IMG/VR virus record: IMGVR_UViG_3300034139_000007
Location: 16,821-80,820 of that record
Direction: 5' to 3' (one strand)
DNA length: 64,000 bases
DNA from: a virus
Position 1 is the first letter of the stretch. The number at the start of each line of letters is the position of its first letter. Below are positions 27,187 through 36,790 of the stretch, piece by piece. The position numbers and the translations under genes were made by a program. The notes below the pieces were generated by a model. The model was not told the DNA's origin. It worked only from the letters and a program-made list of their open reading frames with translations, and ran no database searches.

Positions 27187-28122
27187 TTAGACCCGAGAGA
27201 TGCCGTTGCCGGGATCGACGTGCGGCTTGGGCTCGATGCCCCGACTGTCCGTGATCTTGCCGGTGATGCGGTAGAGGGTCGTCGCATCAGTCGCCAGGGT
27301 CTGGCCCTTGTACTTGCCGTCGTACTCGTCACCGGCCACGAAGGGCTGGAGCACGAGCCGCCCGGTGAAGCGCAGGTCGCCCTCGTCGTCGGCATAGCGC
27401 AGCCGGTCGTGGTCGGGGCCATAGGGGACGATCTCGACGTCGCCCAGCTCTTCGGCATGATCATCCGAGTTCCCCTCCAGGACCTTGCGCTCCGCAACCG
27501 TGTCGCGGTTGATGGCCAGGTCGGCGTCGAACTTGTCCGGGAAGCGACGGAACAGCTTGTCGATGTTCTGCTGGTCGTTCTCGCGGATGGTCTGGCCCAG
27601 GGCGATCAGGGCGTTGGCGCGGTACCAGGCCACGTCGCCCATTTCTTCCTGCATGTTGACCTCGTCGAGGGTCGCGCCGTCGAACAGGACGGGGATCAGG
27701 GCTTCCAGCAGCTCGCCGGCCTCGGTCACGATGCCCAGGATCATGTGCGTCAGCAGCAGGATCTTGGTGTTCGTCACCTCCAGCGGCGGGTGGACGTCGC
27801 CGAACACGGTCGGCTTGCCGTAGGCCAGGGCCTTCTTGAAGCTGTCGAGCGCGACGGTGGCGTCACGGGCTTCTTCGAGGCGGATGCGGAAGTGCTCGGC
27901 GGGCACCAGGTCGGTGCGGTGCTGGTGGCCAGCCGGGCAGGTGCGGCTAGCGAGGGTCTGGTAGTCGAAGTCGGTCATCAGGTTGTCCATCATGTGAGCG
28001 ACGACGCGGAGTTCCAGGTCCGCGAAGTCCAGGTGAAGCAGGCTAGGCTGCGGGTCGGGGCGGTGTGGTCGAAGGCCCTGCCACTCGGGGCTGGATCGGT
28101 AGGCCCTGCCGGTCGGGGTCAT
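27187..28122 (-). CDS. MazG-like NTP pyrophosphohydrolase with N-terminal PolA-motif peptide
   Basis: HMILGIVTEAGELLE, EEMGDVAWY, NIDKLFRRFP; N-terminus TPTGR..SSP..QGL and LDFADLELRVVAH; GGAG SD 7 nt before ATG 28122. Confidence 0.8.
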   Translation of the reverse strand: MTPTGRAYRSSPEWQGLRPHRPDPQPSLLHLDFADLELRVVAHMMDNLMTDFDYQTLASRTCPAGHQHRTDLVPAEHFRIRLEEARDATVALDSFKKALAYGKPTVFGDVHPPLEVTNTKILLLTHMILGIVTEAGELLEALIPVLFDGATLDEVNMQEEMGDVAWYRANALIALGQTIRENDQQNIDKLFRRFPDKFDADLAINRDTVAERKVLEGNSDDHAEELGDVEIVPYGPDHDRLRYADDEGDLRFTGRLVLQPFVAGDEYDGKYKGQTLATDATTLYRITGKITDSRGIEPKPHVDPGNGISRV

Positions 28123-28399
28123 CGGGGAACTCCAGCACGGTGAGAGGGATGCAGTAGTAAGTCTCGTCGAGGAAGCCTCGAAAATCCTTACGGTAGAGCT
28201 TGAGGTCGAAGCGGACCTCGCGGTTCCAGATCACCACGTCGTGGATCTCGGCGGTACGGCCAGCGTGCTTGCCGCTCTTGACCTTGACCTTGGTACCGAT
28301 GATCGCTTTGCCGAACAGCTTGAGCTGGTCGTCGAGTTCCTTTCGGCGAAACTCCAGACTGGCGACTTTGAGGCGGATGAACGTCTCGATCTGGTTCAT
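28043..28399 (-). CDS. hypothetical protein with KOW-like motif
   Basis: IGTKVKVKSGKHAGRTAEI. Confidence 0.6.
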   Translation of the reverse strand: MNQIETFIRLKVASLEFRRKELDDQLKLFGKAIIGTKVKVKSGKHAGRTAEIHDVVIWNREVRFDLKLYRKDFRGFLDETYYCIPLTVLEFPDDPDRQGLPIQPRVAGPSTTPPRPAA

Positions 28400-28400
28400 G

Positions 28401-28709
28401 TCAGTCCCACGGTGGGCTGTCGTCGTCCTGCGACGGGGCCAGGTTTACGGGCTGGGGCAGGAACCCCAGGGTGGTGAAGTGCAGCGCGGCGAGCAGCGGC
28501 TCCAGGTTTCGAATGTCGAAAATCGGATGGGATTGGGTGTCGACGTTCAGTCGGGCGGTCTTAGTGGTGGGCCACCAATCGACCCAGACCTCCCGGCCAT
28601 AGGCTATCCGATAGTGGTAAGGGCTTAGCTGCTGGACCAGGTGGCCCTTCAGGGCCAGTTCCTGGGCCAGCAGTGCGGCCTCCTCCTTCGTGTAGAAGGT
28701 CCTACCCAT
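28401..28709 (-). CDS. hypothetical protein
   Basis: in-operon; YHYRI, VDWWPTT motifs. Confidence 0.7.
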   Translation of the reverse strand: MGRTFYTKEEAALLAQELALKGHLVQQLSPYHYRIAYGREVWVDWWPTTKTARLNVDTQSHPIFDIRNLEPLLAALHFTTLGFLPQPVNLAPSQDDDSPPWD

Positions 28710-29082
28710 AGACGACGTCCTTCAGCACGATGCACTGGAGCAGCACGTCGCCGGTTTCGGCGTCGTGACTACCCTCAATAAGGTCGGCGAAATGCAGCGG
28801 ATGTTTGGTGGCCACCAGCTGCACACCGGCCTCCACCTGCTCCGGCCCGATCCAGATGGTCTTGTCGCCCTCGTCCTCGGGGTTGTCGAAGCGGACGCGA
28901 ATGCGGTAGTTGCCGCTCTCGTAGAACTCGCCCTCGGCGTAGAAGTTGGGAAGGTCGGGTCCATCCTCGCGGATGAAGTCATGGCACCAGTAGTTGGAGC
29001 CGCCTTCGATGGCGTTACAGATGACGTCAGCGACGCTCTGGAACGGCACCTCAGTCGTGACTTGGACGGTGATTTTCTTCAT
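28702..29082 (-). CDS. hypothetical protein
   Basis: AIEGGSNYW...DAETGDVLLQ...VVYG pattern of a widespread phage family. Confidence 0.75.
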   Translation of the reverse strand: MKKITVQVTTEVPFQSVADVICNAIEGGSNYWCHDFIREDGPDLPNFYAEGEFYESGNYRIRVRFDNPEDEGDKTIWIGPEQVEAGVQLVATKHPLHFADLIEGSHDAETGDVLLQCIVLKDVVYG

Positions 29083-29392
29083 GGCTGGTCGCTTTCTTGG
29101 CTAGGGGATATTCGCTCCCCAGTTGGACGTTTTCGACGGCGGTGCGCCAGCCCTGCCTGCTGGCCCATGCGAACAGCTGAACGGCCTCAGACTGTTCCGG
29201 CGTCAGCATGGATAGCTGCTCGGCGGTCCAGACCTTGAGCCGTTGTTCGGCGGGCGTTGCAGCGCGGGGCGGACGGGATTTCAGGTAGACGACGATCAGG
29301 CTCACCAACAGGACGGCGAGCAAGATCGACAGAACGATGACGGCAGTGAACATGTGGAGACCTATAAGGATCAGGGGCTCGGCGTCAGCCAA
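29051..29392 (-). CDS. membrane protein
   Basis: long N-terminal hydrophobic segment; TTG start directly after motif A. Confidence 0.55.
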   Translation of the reverse strand: MADAEPLILIGLHMFTAVIVLSILLAVLLVSLIVVYLKSRPPRAATPAEQRLKVWTAEQLSMLTPEQSEAVQLFAWASRQGWRTAVENVQLGSEYPLAKKATSHEENHRPSHD

Positions 29393-29408
29393 GCCCCTGA
29401 TTTAACGG

Positions 29409-30596
29409 TTAAAGTCCCGCAGCGGTCTCGGCACGCTGCAGTCGATCGATCTGCGGCGGGGCACTGTCGGTCAGGCCCAGCTCCGCTTCGATCTCATCGA
29501 GACGATCCGACAGGGTCTTGTCGTCCCAGTCGCTGTCGTCGATGTTGAGCGTGGCGCGGAGACGCTCGACGCGGTCGGTGAAGCTGACCGGTGCGTCGTC
29601 ACCGACAACCGGACCCAGGTCACCGCTCAGGTCGCGCATGGCCACCAGAGCCTCGACGCGAGAAGCATAGGTGTCCACGACGGTGCCCGCGGGGTTCACA
29701 AGGTCCCATTGATCGCCGTCACGGTCGGCCCAGAGCACACGCCAGCCAGCGTCCCAGGCGGCCAGGGCCGGACCGCAATCCTCACCCTCGGGCAAGGCAA
29801 ACTTGATGCCCTCACGCTGGTACAGGGCCACGCGGTCGTAGCTGAACACCAGCTGGTCCTCGCCCTCGAAGAAGACGCCCTCGCGGGCCTCCTGCATCGA
29901 GATCTCGAACAGCACCTCGTGCTTCTCGGTGCGGCCCTTGGAGCCGCCGCCGTCCTGCGGGAAAGACACGACGTCAGACGGGTCCTCGGCCATGATCAGG
30001 CAGCGATAGTCCGACATGCTCTTCAGGTACTTGTGATTGCAGAAGTGCAGGCCACGCGAGCAGGTGTTGTTGTAGTTGAGGTCGCACTCGTCGCGCGGCA
30101 TCCGAACGATCCGACCCGGTGAGTTGTCCATGGACCTGGTGTGGGCGTCCAGGTACTGCATGTTGACGTACCGATAGGCCAGGAAGCGACCGTCCGGCAG
30201 GATCGGCAGCTCGGCCCGCTCGACCCACTGAAACAGCATGTCGATGGCGTCGCGGGTCGGGTTGCGCATGACGCGGTCCAGGAACAGCGCATACGGCTCC
30301 GGGTCGCGGCCACGGTTCACCATCTGGAGGATGCGGTCGACGAGGTAGTTGTCGACACGTCGGCCCTGGAAGGTGACGCGACCGGCGAAGACGGTCACGT
30401 CGCCATAGTTGCCCAGGGCTTTGGTGAGGCGGTCCGAGGCGTTGACGATGCCGTCGACCTGGTCGTAGTCACCATTGGCGATGGCCGTCTTCAGCTCCTC
30501 GTATCGAGGGTTGTCCGACGGAACCGTGAAGGGCCTGCCGGCCACGAACACGGTCACGCTGTCAGCGGACACGATTGAGATCACAGGGTTAGTCAT
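29409..30596 (-). CDS. rIIB: rIIB-like protein
   Basis: LFQWVE...LPILPDGRFLAYR...DNSPG..VRMPR.ECD...TCSRGLHF; downstream of rIIA-like gene. Confidence 0.85.
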   Translation of the reverse strand: MTNPVISIVSADSVTVFVAGRPFTVPSDNPRYEELKTAIANGDYDQVDGIVNASDRLTKALGNYGDVTVFAGRVTFQGRRVDNYLVDRILQMVNRGRDPEPYALFLDRVMRNPTRDAIDMLFQWVERAELPILPDGRFLAYRYVNMQYLDAHTRSMDNSPGRIVRMPRDECDLNYNNTCSRGLHFCNHKYLKSMSDYRCLIMAEDPSDVVSFPQDGGGSKGRTEKHEVLFEISMQEAREGVFFEGEDQLVFSYDRVALYQREGIKFALPEGEDCGPALAAWDAGWRVLWADRDGDQWDLVNPAGTVVDTYASRVEALVAMRDLSGDLGPVVGDDAPVSFTDRVERLRATLNIDDSDWDDKTLSDRLDEIEAELGLTDSAPPQIDRLQRAETAAGL

Positions 30597-32784
30597 TCAG
30601 CTTGGTCCTTCTGAATGCGGCGAGGGCGGGGACGTCCACGTCGCTGTAGTTGAAGATGTTTGTCTCGGTCCGTTCCCAGATCGCGACGGCGAGGCGTAGT
30701 AGTGGAGATCGATTGTAGACTTTCTCGACCTCCTTGGCCACCGACACCCGCAGCTTCTTGGGTGTCGGCATGTCGAGCCCGGCACGACGGGCATAATCCC
30801 GGGCGTGATCGATCTCACGCTGGAGCGCGCTGGCATCCTCGGGAGCCTTGAGGGCTTCGAGGCGGGCCGTGATCGTCGGGAACAGGTCCGGGTGCCGGGT
30901 GGTCAGGCGGCGCACGGTCTTGGTGAGCTTGTCCTGATCGACCTGGGCCGCGGCGGCCTGACGGGCCAGCTCGGCCAGCACATCCGGGTTACGGATGGTC
31001 AGATCGAACTTGGCCTTGAGCCAGACGTCCAGACGGATGAAGTCCGCCTGATTACCGTCGCGCTTGACCTGGGCCTGGGCCTTCTTGGACAGACCCAGCA
31101 CCAGTTGGCCACCGTCGGTACGCCAGCTAGAGTTGATGACCTTGTTGTCGAAGCCGACCGTGTCGTCGATGTCGTGACCCGTAAGGGGGATGTAGACACC
31201 GGCGGTGGCCAGCTCGTCGGTCTGGTTCCAGTCCGAACGGCACCCGTGGTAGCGGTAGCCGCCATACTGGGTGCCAGGAGACAGGGTCAGGACGCGCAGC
31301 TCGGTCTTCTTGCCGCTGGCCAGCTTGGTCTTGGGCTCTGGCAGGGGCAGCTCCGACAACAACATGATGTTCTGGTCAGAGTAGCGCCAGTCGGCGAAGT
31401 GGGCACGCATGGCCTCGATGGAAGGCCAGTTGGGCACATCGGCACCCTTGTGGTCGAGACGATGGTCGAACAGATAGACCGCCAGCTTTCTGACGCCCAG
31501 ATCCTCGGCCAGTTGGCGAGCACGCGAGGTGACCCGGCGCTTGCTGTCGGACACGTCCTTCATGTCGTCAAAGACGAAGAACCGGTTGTCGCGGAAGGCG
31601 TCGACCGGGAAGGTGTCCTTGACGTAGCGACTGAAGGTGACCTCGGTCTTGTCACTCTTCCAGGACTTGGGCTCGACGTTCAGGACCTGCGGGCGACCGT
31701 AGGGCAGGGCGATCTCGTCGCGGATGCCCGGGAAGCCAGCGTGCTGGACGATGTCGCGCATCACGATGCCGGGCTTGGCGTCGGCCTTGATCTCGGGCCA
31801 CTTCTTGGTGATCATCGACCAGGTGTTGTTGTCCTTCAGCTTCTGGATGAACTCCAGCTGCTCGAAGGGGTTCATGGTCTTGACCAGCTCGAACTGCTGC
31901 TCGGCATAGTCGTCGCAGATCTGACGATACCGCTCGCGCAGCCGGGTCAGGGTCAGGGTGTCATACGACAGACCCTCACGGCTCGGCAGGAGGTCCAGCT
32001 CACCGATGCCGAACACCATGATGATGGTGCCGGGCAGCTTGGCGTCGCCCTCCTGGAGCACGATGCCCCAGTCCAGCGGGTAGGCGACCGGACCCATCAG
32101 GACGTAGGGCTTGGCCGGAGCCTCGGTGCGGACCCAGTAGTTGGACTTCTGATCGGTGTACTCGATCACCGGCACGTCAATGCCGTGGACCTCGTAGCTG
32201 CCCAGCGGCAAGTGCTGCAGCAGGTCAGCGGCAGTGCTCTCGAAGACGCCCCAGTCGTTGGTCTTGATCGGGACCTGGACCTGGATGCCGTCCGGCTCGT
32301 CGGTGGGCTGCTCATCGATGCGCGACATCTGAGGGATGCCGTCGCCGCCACGGTAGGCGGCGTAGCTGCGCTTGATGCCGGCCTGCACGGACGCCACGGT
32401 GAAGGCGTCGGCGTAGGCGAAGGGCGACTTGCAGCCCAGACCGAAGCCGCCGATGGCGTCGTCGCCCTGATCCTTGGTCGATGCACCGAACGAGGTGTAC
32501 ATCAGCATCACGTCGTCGTCGCTCATGCCGGGGCCGTAGTCGCGGATCGTCAGCATCGGCTCGATGTGGTTGGGCAGGCTGATCAGGATCGGACGGGTCT
32601 GGCCGTTCATGCCGTGGGCGTCCAGTGCGTTGCACGAGATCTCACGGATGACGGCCCGGGGTTTGTCCGAGTAGAGCTTATCGGCCAGGATGCTGAACAT
32701 CTTGGCGTTGCCCTGGATGGTGAAGGCGGCAGTCGGCAGCTCGTCGCTGACCGAGACGTCTCTCTTGAAGGCATCGGAACGCAT
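30589..32784 (-). CDS. rIIA: rIIA-like protein (GHKL ATPase N-terminus)
   Basis: LYSDKPRAVIREISCNALDAH, IRDYGPGM, FGASTK, IGGFGLGCKSPFAY. Confidence 0.88.
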   Translation of the reverse strand: MRSDAFKRDVSVSDELPTAAFTIQGNAKMFSILADKLYSDKPRAVIREISCNALDAHGMNGQTRPILISLPNHIEPMLTIRDYGPGMSDDDVMLMYTSFGASTKDQGDDAIGGFGLGCKSPFAYADAFTVASVQAGIKRSYAAYRGGDGIPQMSRIDEQPTDEPDGIQVQVPIKTNDWGVFESTAADLLQHLPLGSYEVHGIDVPVIEYTDQKSNYWVRTEAPAKPYVLMGPVAYPLDWGIVLQEGDAKLPGTIIMVFGIGELDLLPSREGLSYDTLTLTRLRERYRQICDDYAEQQFELVKTMNPFEQLEFIQKLKDNNTWSMITKKWPEIKADAKPGIVMRDIVQHAGFPGIRDEIALPYGRPQVLNVEPKSWKSDKTEVTFSRYVKDTFPVDAFRDNRFFVFDDMKDVSDSKRRVTSRARQLAEDLGVRKLAVYLFDHRLDHKGADVPNWPSIEAMRAHFADWRYSDQNIMLLSELPLPEPKTKLASGKKTELRVLTLSPGTQYGGYRYHGCRSDWNQTDELATAGVYIPLTGHDIDDTVGFDNKVINSSWRTDGGQLVLGLSKKAQAQVKRDGNQADFIRLDVWLKAKFDLTIRNPDVLAELARQAAAAQVDQDKLTKTVRRLTTRHPDLFPTITARLEALKAPEDASALQREIDHARDYARRAGLDMPTPKKLRVSVAKEVEKVYNRSPLLRLAVAIWERTETNIFNYSDVDVPALAAFRRTKLND

Positions 32785-32810
32785 GGTCGTATGTCCTTGC
32801 TTTTTAACGG

Positions 32811-33290
32811 TTAAAGAATGGTGATGCGCGTTGCGCTGTGCACCAGGGTTTTGGCCTGGAACCCACGAGGCAGGGGAATGTCGGACCTGACATTGTAGGG
32901 GTGCTTCTGCCCGATCTCGGTGGAGAGACCCTCCACCCTGATGGCACGGCGAAGCCAGATCGTGTCGCGGCTTTCGTTGCGCACGTCAGCCTCGCGCAGC
33001 AGGGCCTCGATCCCCCGCCAGGTCCATTGTGAGGACCAGTCGACGGTTGGCTTCCTGGCGCTGGCGATGAGGATGTGTGGCTCATAGCCCAGCACCGGTA
33101 GGTCACGATCCGACATCTTCACCGCCGACCGAAGCTGGAGGTGGATGGGCAAGCACGACGCGCGGACAGTCAAGCCGTAACGGGGCTTGCTGGTCGGCTC
33201 GGGCAGGAGCAGGCTGTTGTAGACGAAGTGGAAGACGTGGTCGCTCGGCCCCAGGTCGATGCAGAAGGGGATCGGATCTACTTCGGACAT
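32811..33290 (-). CDS. hypothetical protein
   Basis: GAGGAG SD; stop codon lies within motif A. Confidence 0.6.
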   Translation of the reverse strand: MSEVDPIPFCIDLGPSDHVFHFVYNSLLLPEPTSKPRYGLTVRASCLPIHLQLRSAVKMSDRDLPVLGYEPHILIASARKPTVDWSSQWTWRGIEALLREADVRNESRDTIWLRRAIRVEGLSTEIGQKHPYNVRSDIPLPRGFQAKTLVHSATRITIL

Positions 33291-33676
33291 GGGTCAATCT
33301 CCTCGAAGTCCAGCCCCTCGGACCACCACTCGCCGGCGGGGCCGCCACGCATCTCGATGTGGATGGTGCTGTTGGCACCGACATGGACGACCGACAGCAG
33401 GCTGTTGCTCAGGTCGACGCCGGGGTGAGTGTCCACCTCGCTCTCACCGAACACGCCGTCCGTGTGGCGGTCGCGCAGCTCCTTGGAGGCGAACCCGTCG
33501 GTGGGCAGGGTCTCGGTCCACGGATGGCGCTCGAAGGCCGCCAGCGGCCACAGGACCTCGGAGAAGTCCCACTTGCCACAGACGCGGAGCGCCTCGGTCA
33601 CGCGCTCGATGTCCAGGTCGAAGGAGATCAGCTGATCCTCTTCGTTTTCCTGCATCATGATCGTGTAGATTTTCAC
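33278..33676 (-). CDS. hypothetical protein
   Basis: in-operon GTGA overlap; acidic. Confidence 0.65.
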   Translation of the reverse strand: MKIYTIMMQENEEDQLISFDLDIERVTEALRVCGKWDFSEVLWPLAAFERHPWTETLPTDGFASKELRDRHTDGVFGESEVDTHPGVDLSNSLLSVVHVGANSTIHIEMRGGPAGEWWSEGLDFEEIDPCPK

Positions 33677-33885
33677 AGGTAGCTCTCCATGAGCTTGATG
33701 AAGGCGGGAAGGTCCGCCTTGGGGACTTCGATCTGGGCCGCCGTGGTGCGGTCGCCCTTGCTGTTGATCGGCATCAGCACAATCTCGGTCGGGGTGTCGT
33801 AGCTGCCGACCCCTATCTGGGTGCCGGAACGGTTCCGGCCCCAGTAGGCGGCGGTGCGCTTGTCGCCGAAGAGGATGTCAGGCAT
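33673..33885 (-). CDS. hypothetical protein
   Basis: in-operon overlap. Confidence 0.65.
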   Translation of the reverse strand: MPDILFGDKRTAAYWGRNRSGTQIGVGSYDTPTEIVLMPINSKGDRTTAAQIEVPKADLPAFIKLMESYL

Positions 33886-34300
33886 CGGCCTTCGGGGTCA
33901 CGATCCAGCTGGTCGCGGCCTTGCTCGTCTTCTTGGCCGCCGACAGGATGCTGGCGGCCTTGGCCGCACCGATCTCGTCGATCAGCAGCTTCATCAGGGC
34001 GTCCGGGTCGATCATCTCGCGACCGTTGGCGGTCTTGGCGAAGATCCGGTAGCTGTCGGTCTCGGCGAACTCGACCTGTTCGAGGCTGGGACGCTGCTCG
34101 GCATCGGTGATGATGCCCAGCTTCACGGCGGCGGTCTTGGCCTTCTTCTTGCGCGCCTCGGCCAGCGTGGCCAGGCTCAGCGCGGTCAACAGCTCGTGGG
34201 CCGCGAGGTCACGCTCGCCGCTCTCGGGCTTCGGCGCGGTGCCGTTGGTGGTGCCGATCTTCTTGAAGGCGGCAACGATTTTGTCGGTCAGGGTTCCCAT
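33878..34300 (-). CDS. hypothetical protein
   Basis: GGAG SD; strong codon bias; Lys/Ala-rich. Confidence 0.75.
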   Translation of the reverse strand: MGTLTDKIVAAFKKIGTTNGTAPKPESGERDLAAHELLTALSLATLAEARKKKAKTAAVKLGIITDAEQRPSLEQVEFAETDSYRIFAKTANGREMIDPDALMKLLIDEIGAAKAASILSAAKKTSKAATSWIVTPKADA

Positions 34301-34578
34301 GGGTCTTCTCCATCTTGGGCTAGCGGGATTGCTTGGTCGAAAAAGTACAGCAGGGCGATGAGGTCGGACCGGTCGGCGAACTTGTCGTCGCGGTCCTCGC
34401 CCTTCTGGACGCGGGCCAGCAGGTCGAGCGTGTACTCGATGCAGGCCTGCTGGTGGGTGGGGTTAGTCGGGGTCGCGTCGTTCAGGTAGAAGCTGTAGAA
34501 GCACGCCCCGAGATCCCCCACAGAGATATAGCTCCCCCATTGGGAGGCAATCTCGAAGGCTCTCTCGCGGGTAATCAT
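34288..34578 (-). CDS. hypothetical protein
   Basis: AAGGA SD; ASQWGSY...GDLGACFYSF. Confidence 0.7.
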   Translation of the reverse strand: MITRERAFEIASQWGSYISVGDLGACFYSFYLNDATPTNPTHQQACIEYTLDLLARVQKGEDRDDKFADRSDLIALLYFFDQAIPLAQDGEDPWEP

Positions 34579-34616
34579 CGTCGAAGTCCTTGTCTAACAG
34601 GGACTGCAGCGCAGGC

Positions 34617-35099
34617 TTATGCTGCAGCATTCGCCACCGCCTGAAGGAACTTGCCGTAGGCAGTGCCGTAGGCTTGGGTGGCGTGGGCCAGGTCGTGGGC
34701 CGCGGCTTGGAGGACGGCCTGGGCCTTGCTGATCTCGTCGGGGCCGTAGGCGACTTCCGCCTGTTCGGGCTCTTCGCCCTCGGTGCTGATCCAGCCGCCG
34801 GAGGCCAGCTTGGTGGCCACCTCGTCGAGGAAGTCGTTGAAGTCACCGATGAAACTTTTGACCTGATCGGGCATGTCGATCCGGTACTCGAAGAACCCAT
34901 CGACGACGGTCAGCTCCATCTGGTCATCCCAGTCGTAGTAGTTGCCCTCGTCGTCGGTTCTGGGCGGCGGGACGTCAGTGTCGTTTTCCCAGAAGCCAGC
35001 TCGGTCGCAGCCATGCTCCTTGAGCAGCTCGATGACGGTGGTGAGGGTGACGCCGTCCTTGAGGGGCACGACGCCGCGATAATAGACTGGTCCAGCCAT
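34617..35099 (-). CDS. hypothetical acidic protein
   Basis: AAGGA SD; acidic centre. Confidence 0.7.
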   Translation of the reverse strand: MAGPVYYRGVVPLKDGVTLTTVIELLKEHGCDRAGFWENDTDVPPPRTDDEGNYYDWDDQMELTVVDGFFEYRIDMPDQVKSFIGDFNDFLDEVATKLASGGWISTEGEEPEQAEVAYGPDEISKAQAVLQAAAHDLAHATQAYGTAYGKFLQAVANAAA

Positions 35100-35125
35100 G
35101 GTCGAACTTTCCTTACGGTGAAGGT

Positions 35126-35147
35126 TGGGGTGGCCGAAGCCACCCCG
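35126..35147 (-). other. UUCG stem-loop after gene 35156-36049
   Basis: GGGGTGGC-TTCG-GCCACCCC on - strand; no U-tract. Confidence 0.55.
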
Positions 35148-35155
35148 GTTTCAGA

Positions 35156-36049
35156 TCAGACGCCCAGCGTCGCCTTGACGGCGCGGACGTGCGGGGCCGA
35201 GCCGGTGAACGACTTGGCCAGGACGAACTGGAAGGCATCCCGGTCGCTGGCGATGGGACCATCGACGACGGCCAGGATGTTCTTGCCAGTGGGGCTCATC
35301 GCCCAGCCTTCGGACTGAGCCAGGTCGGCGTCAGCGGAGGCTTCCTCGATCTCCTCGATGCCGTCGATCTGGCGGTGGTGGTCGATCCACCCTGCCTTGA
35401 CGGGCATGGCGTCGAAGATGGCCTGGGCCTGACGCTTGGCGTCGGACGGGGTCCTGGCGCTGACGATCACCGACCGCTCGGAATAGACCCGCGCGTCCTG
35501 GATCACCTTGTAGTTCACGACCGGCGGGGCAGTAGCGACACCGGCAGGCTGGACCGGCAGGGTGAACTGGTTGCCGATCTGCAGGCGGTAGGAAGGCTTG
35601 CCTTCACGCAACTCGACCGACACGACAGTGCCGATGGCACCGCGATCAGCCGTATTGGCAGCAGGCGGGACGGGGCTGTAGGTCGTGTCAGCCGTGTCGT
35701 ACAGGTTCAGCTGCTGGAGGGTCTCCAGCTCGTCGCCGACCTTGAACTCGGCGTCGCCCAGCAGGATCATGGCGGCCAGCTCGCGGCAGTCATCGATGGT
35801 CAGGGTCTCGGCCTGGCCAGCGAGCCAGATCTGGATGGTGCCGTCTTCCAGAACCCACAGGCCGACAGGCAGGCGGTTCTGCGAGGCCCAGACGTTCTTG
35901 TCCGTCTTGAACGCCGGGGTGGCGACCTCGTCGGAGGCCAGGGCTTTGGCGAAGTTGGCGGCGTCTTCAGCGGACAGCTGGAGCGGGGCCGGCAGTTGGG
36001 GGTGAGCCAGGTCGAACCCAGCGTCGGTCTTGGTCAGAGTGATGTTCAT
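35156..36049 (-). CDS. hypothetical multi-domain protein
   Basis: AGGA SD before MNITLTK; SH3-like segment FKVGD...GTVVSV. Confidence 0.7.
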   Translation of the reverse strand: MNITLTKTDAGFDLAHPQLPAPLQLSAEDAANFAKALASDEVATPAFKTDKNVWASQNRLPVGLWVLEDGTIQIWLAGQAETLTIDDCRELAAMILLGDAEFKVGDELETLQQLNLYDTADTTYSPVPPAANTADRGAIGTVVSVELREGKPSYRLQIGNQFTLPVQPAGVATAPPVVNYKVIQDARVYSERSVIVSARTPSDAKRQAQAIFDAMPVKAGWIDHHRQIDGIEEIEEASADADLAQSEGWAMSPTGKNILAVVDGPIASDRDAFQFVLAKSFTGSAPHVRAVKATLGV

Positions 36050-36093
36050 CAGGGTGGTTCCTAGTTGATGGTTGGTACGCACGACTACCTCCG

Positions 36094-36384
36094 TCAGGAG
36101 GATCTGGGGATGATGAGGGTCGCTTGGTTGATGACCATCAGGGCAGCGAGCCATGTGGTCATCCTCTGCACAACGTGGATGGGGACGACGGGGTCGACGA
36201 TCAGCACAGGGCCGAGCATCAGGCCGGTCGGTTCGAAGTAGAAGGGCCGGATGCCGGGTGTCATGACGGACATGGGGTCCGAGACCAGCAGGCCGATCCC
36301 GGCGACCTCCACACCCGTGACGTGGGCGGGAGGCTCGACCGTCCGCACCAGCTGCGTGCGGGGATCAATCAGGATTGCCGTCAT
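36094..36384 (-). CDS. hypothetical protein
   Basis: MTAILIDP start typical of a small phage family; GGAG SD. Confidence 0.6.
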   Translation of the reverse strand: MTAILIDPRTQLVRTVEPPAHVTGVEVAGIGLLVSDPMSVMTPGIRPFYFEPTGLMLGPVLIVDPVVPIHVVQRMTTWLAALMVINQATLIIPRSS

Positions 36385-36736
36385 CGGGCAGCTCCAGACT
36401 GGGGTGCGGGCCGCTCAAGGTGTGACGGCGGCTGATGATGTAGTTGTAAGCCGCCACGCGGGCCTTAGGGAAGATGCCGGGCGTGGACCAGTCGAGGGTG
36501 GCGACCAGCTCGGGGACGAACTCGAAGTCGAAGGCCACGCGACCATCGTTGAAGTCGCCCTCGTTGATGACGTCGTAGACCAGCTCGACCCATTTGGCGA
36601 TGTCGAGGGCGTAGTCGCGCATGTCGAACGAGCCGCGGTTGCCCCACAAGGTATCGAGGCCGGGGCTCTTGTCGCGCTGGTCGATCATGGCCTCCCAGAC
36701 GATCATGCCCGTGGTTGCGATAACGTCGGTGATCAT
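36365..36736 (-). CDS. hypothetical protein
   Basis: starts 5 nt after motif A; FDFEFVP. Confidence 0.7.
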   Translation of the reverse strand: MITDVIATTGMIVWEAMIDQRDKSPGLDTLWGNRGSFDMRDYALDIAKWVELVYDVINEGDFNDGRVAFDFEFVPELVATLDWSTPGIFPKARVAAYNYIISRRHTLSGPHPSLELPDDGNPD

Positions 36737-36790
36737 TGGATTTTAACCGTTAAAGTGGCCCACTCCGGGATGGAGCGGGCCGGGTTGTAG

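Noticed and set aside
5212-28122. Z-genome (2-aminoadenine) or 7-deazaguanine modification pathway
   Set aside because: MazG-like genes and an odd PolA are present, but no PurZ, DatZ, DpdA, QueC/D/E or FolE-like ORF was recognised here.
32811-33290. Resemblance to phage SSB (DUF2815-like Y..L..P...KPRY)
   Set aside because: Only a short N-terminal similarity and no acidic tail; left as hypothetical.
35111-35124. CCTTACGGTGAAGG as a 13th motif A copy
   Set aside because: Right position (gene junction after a hairpin) but only about 8 of 13 matches.
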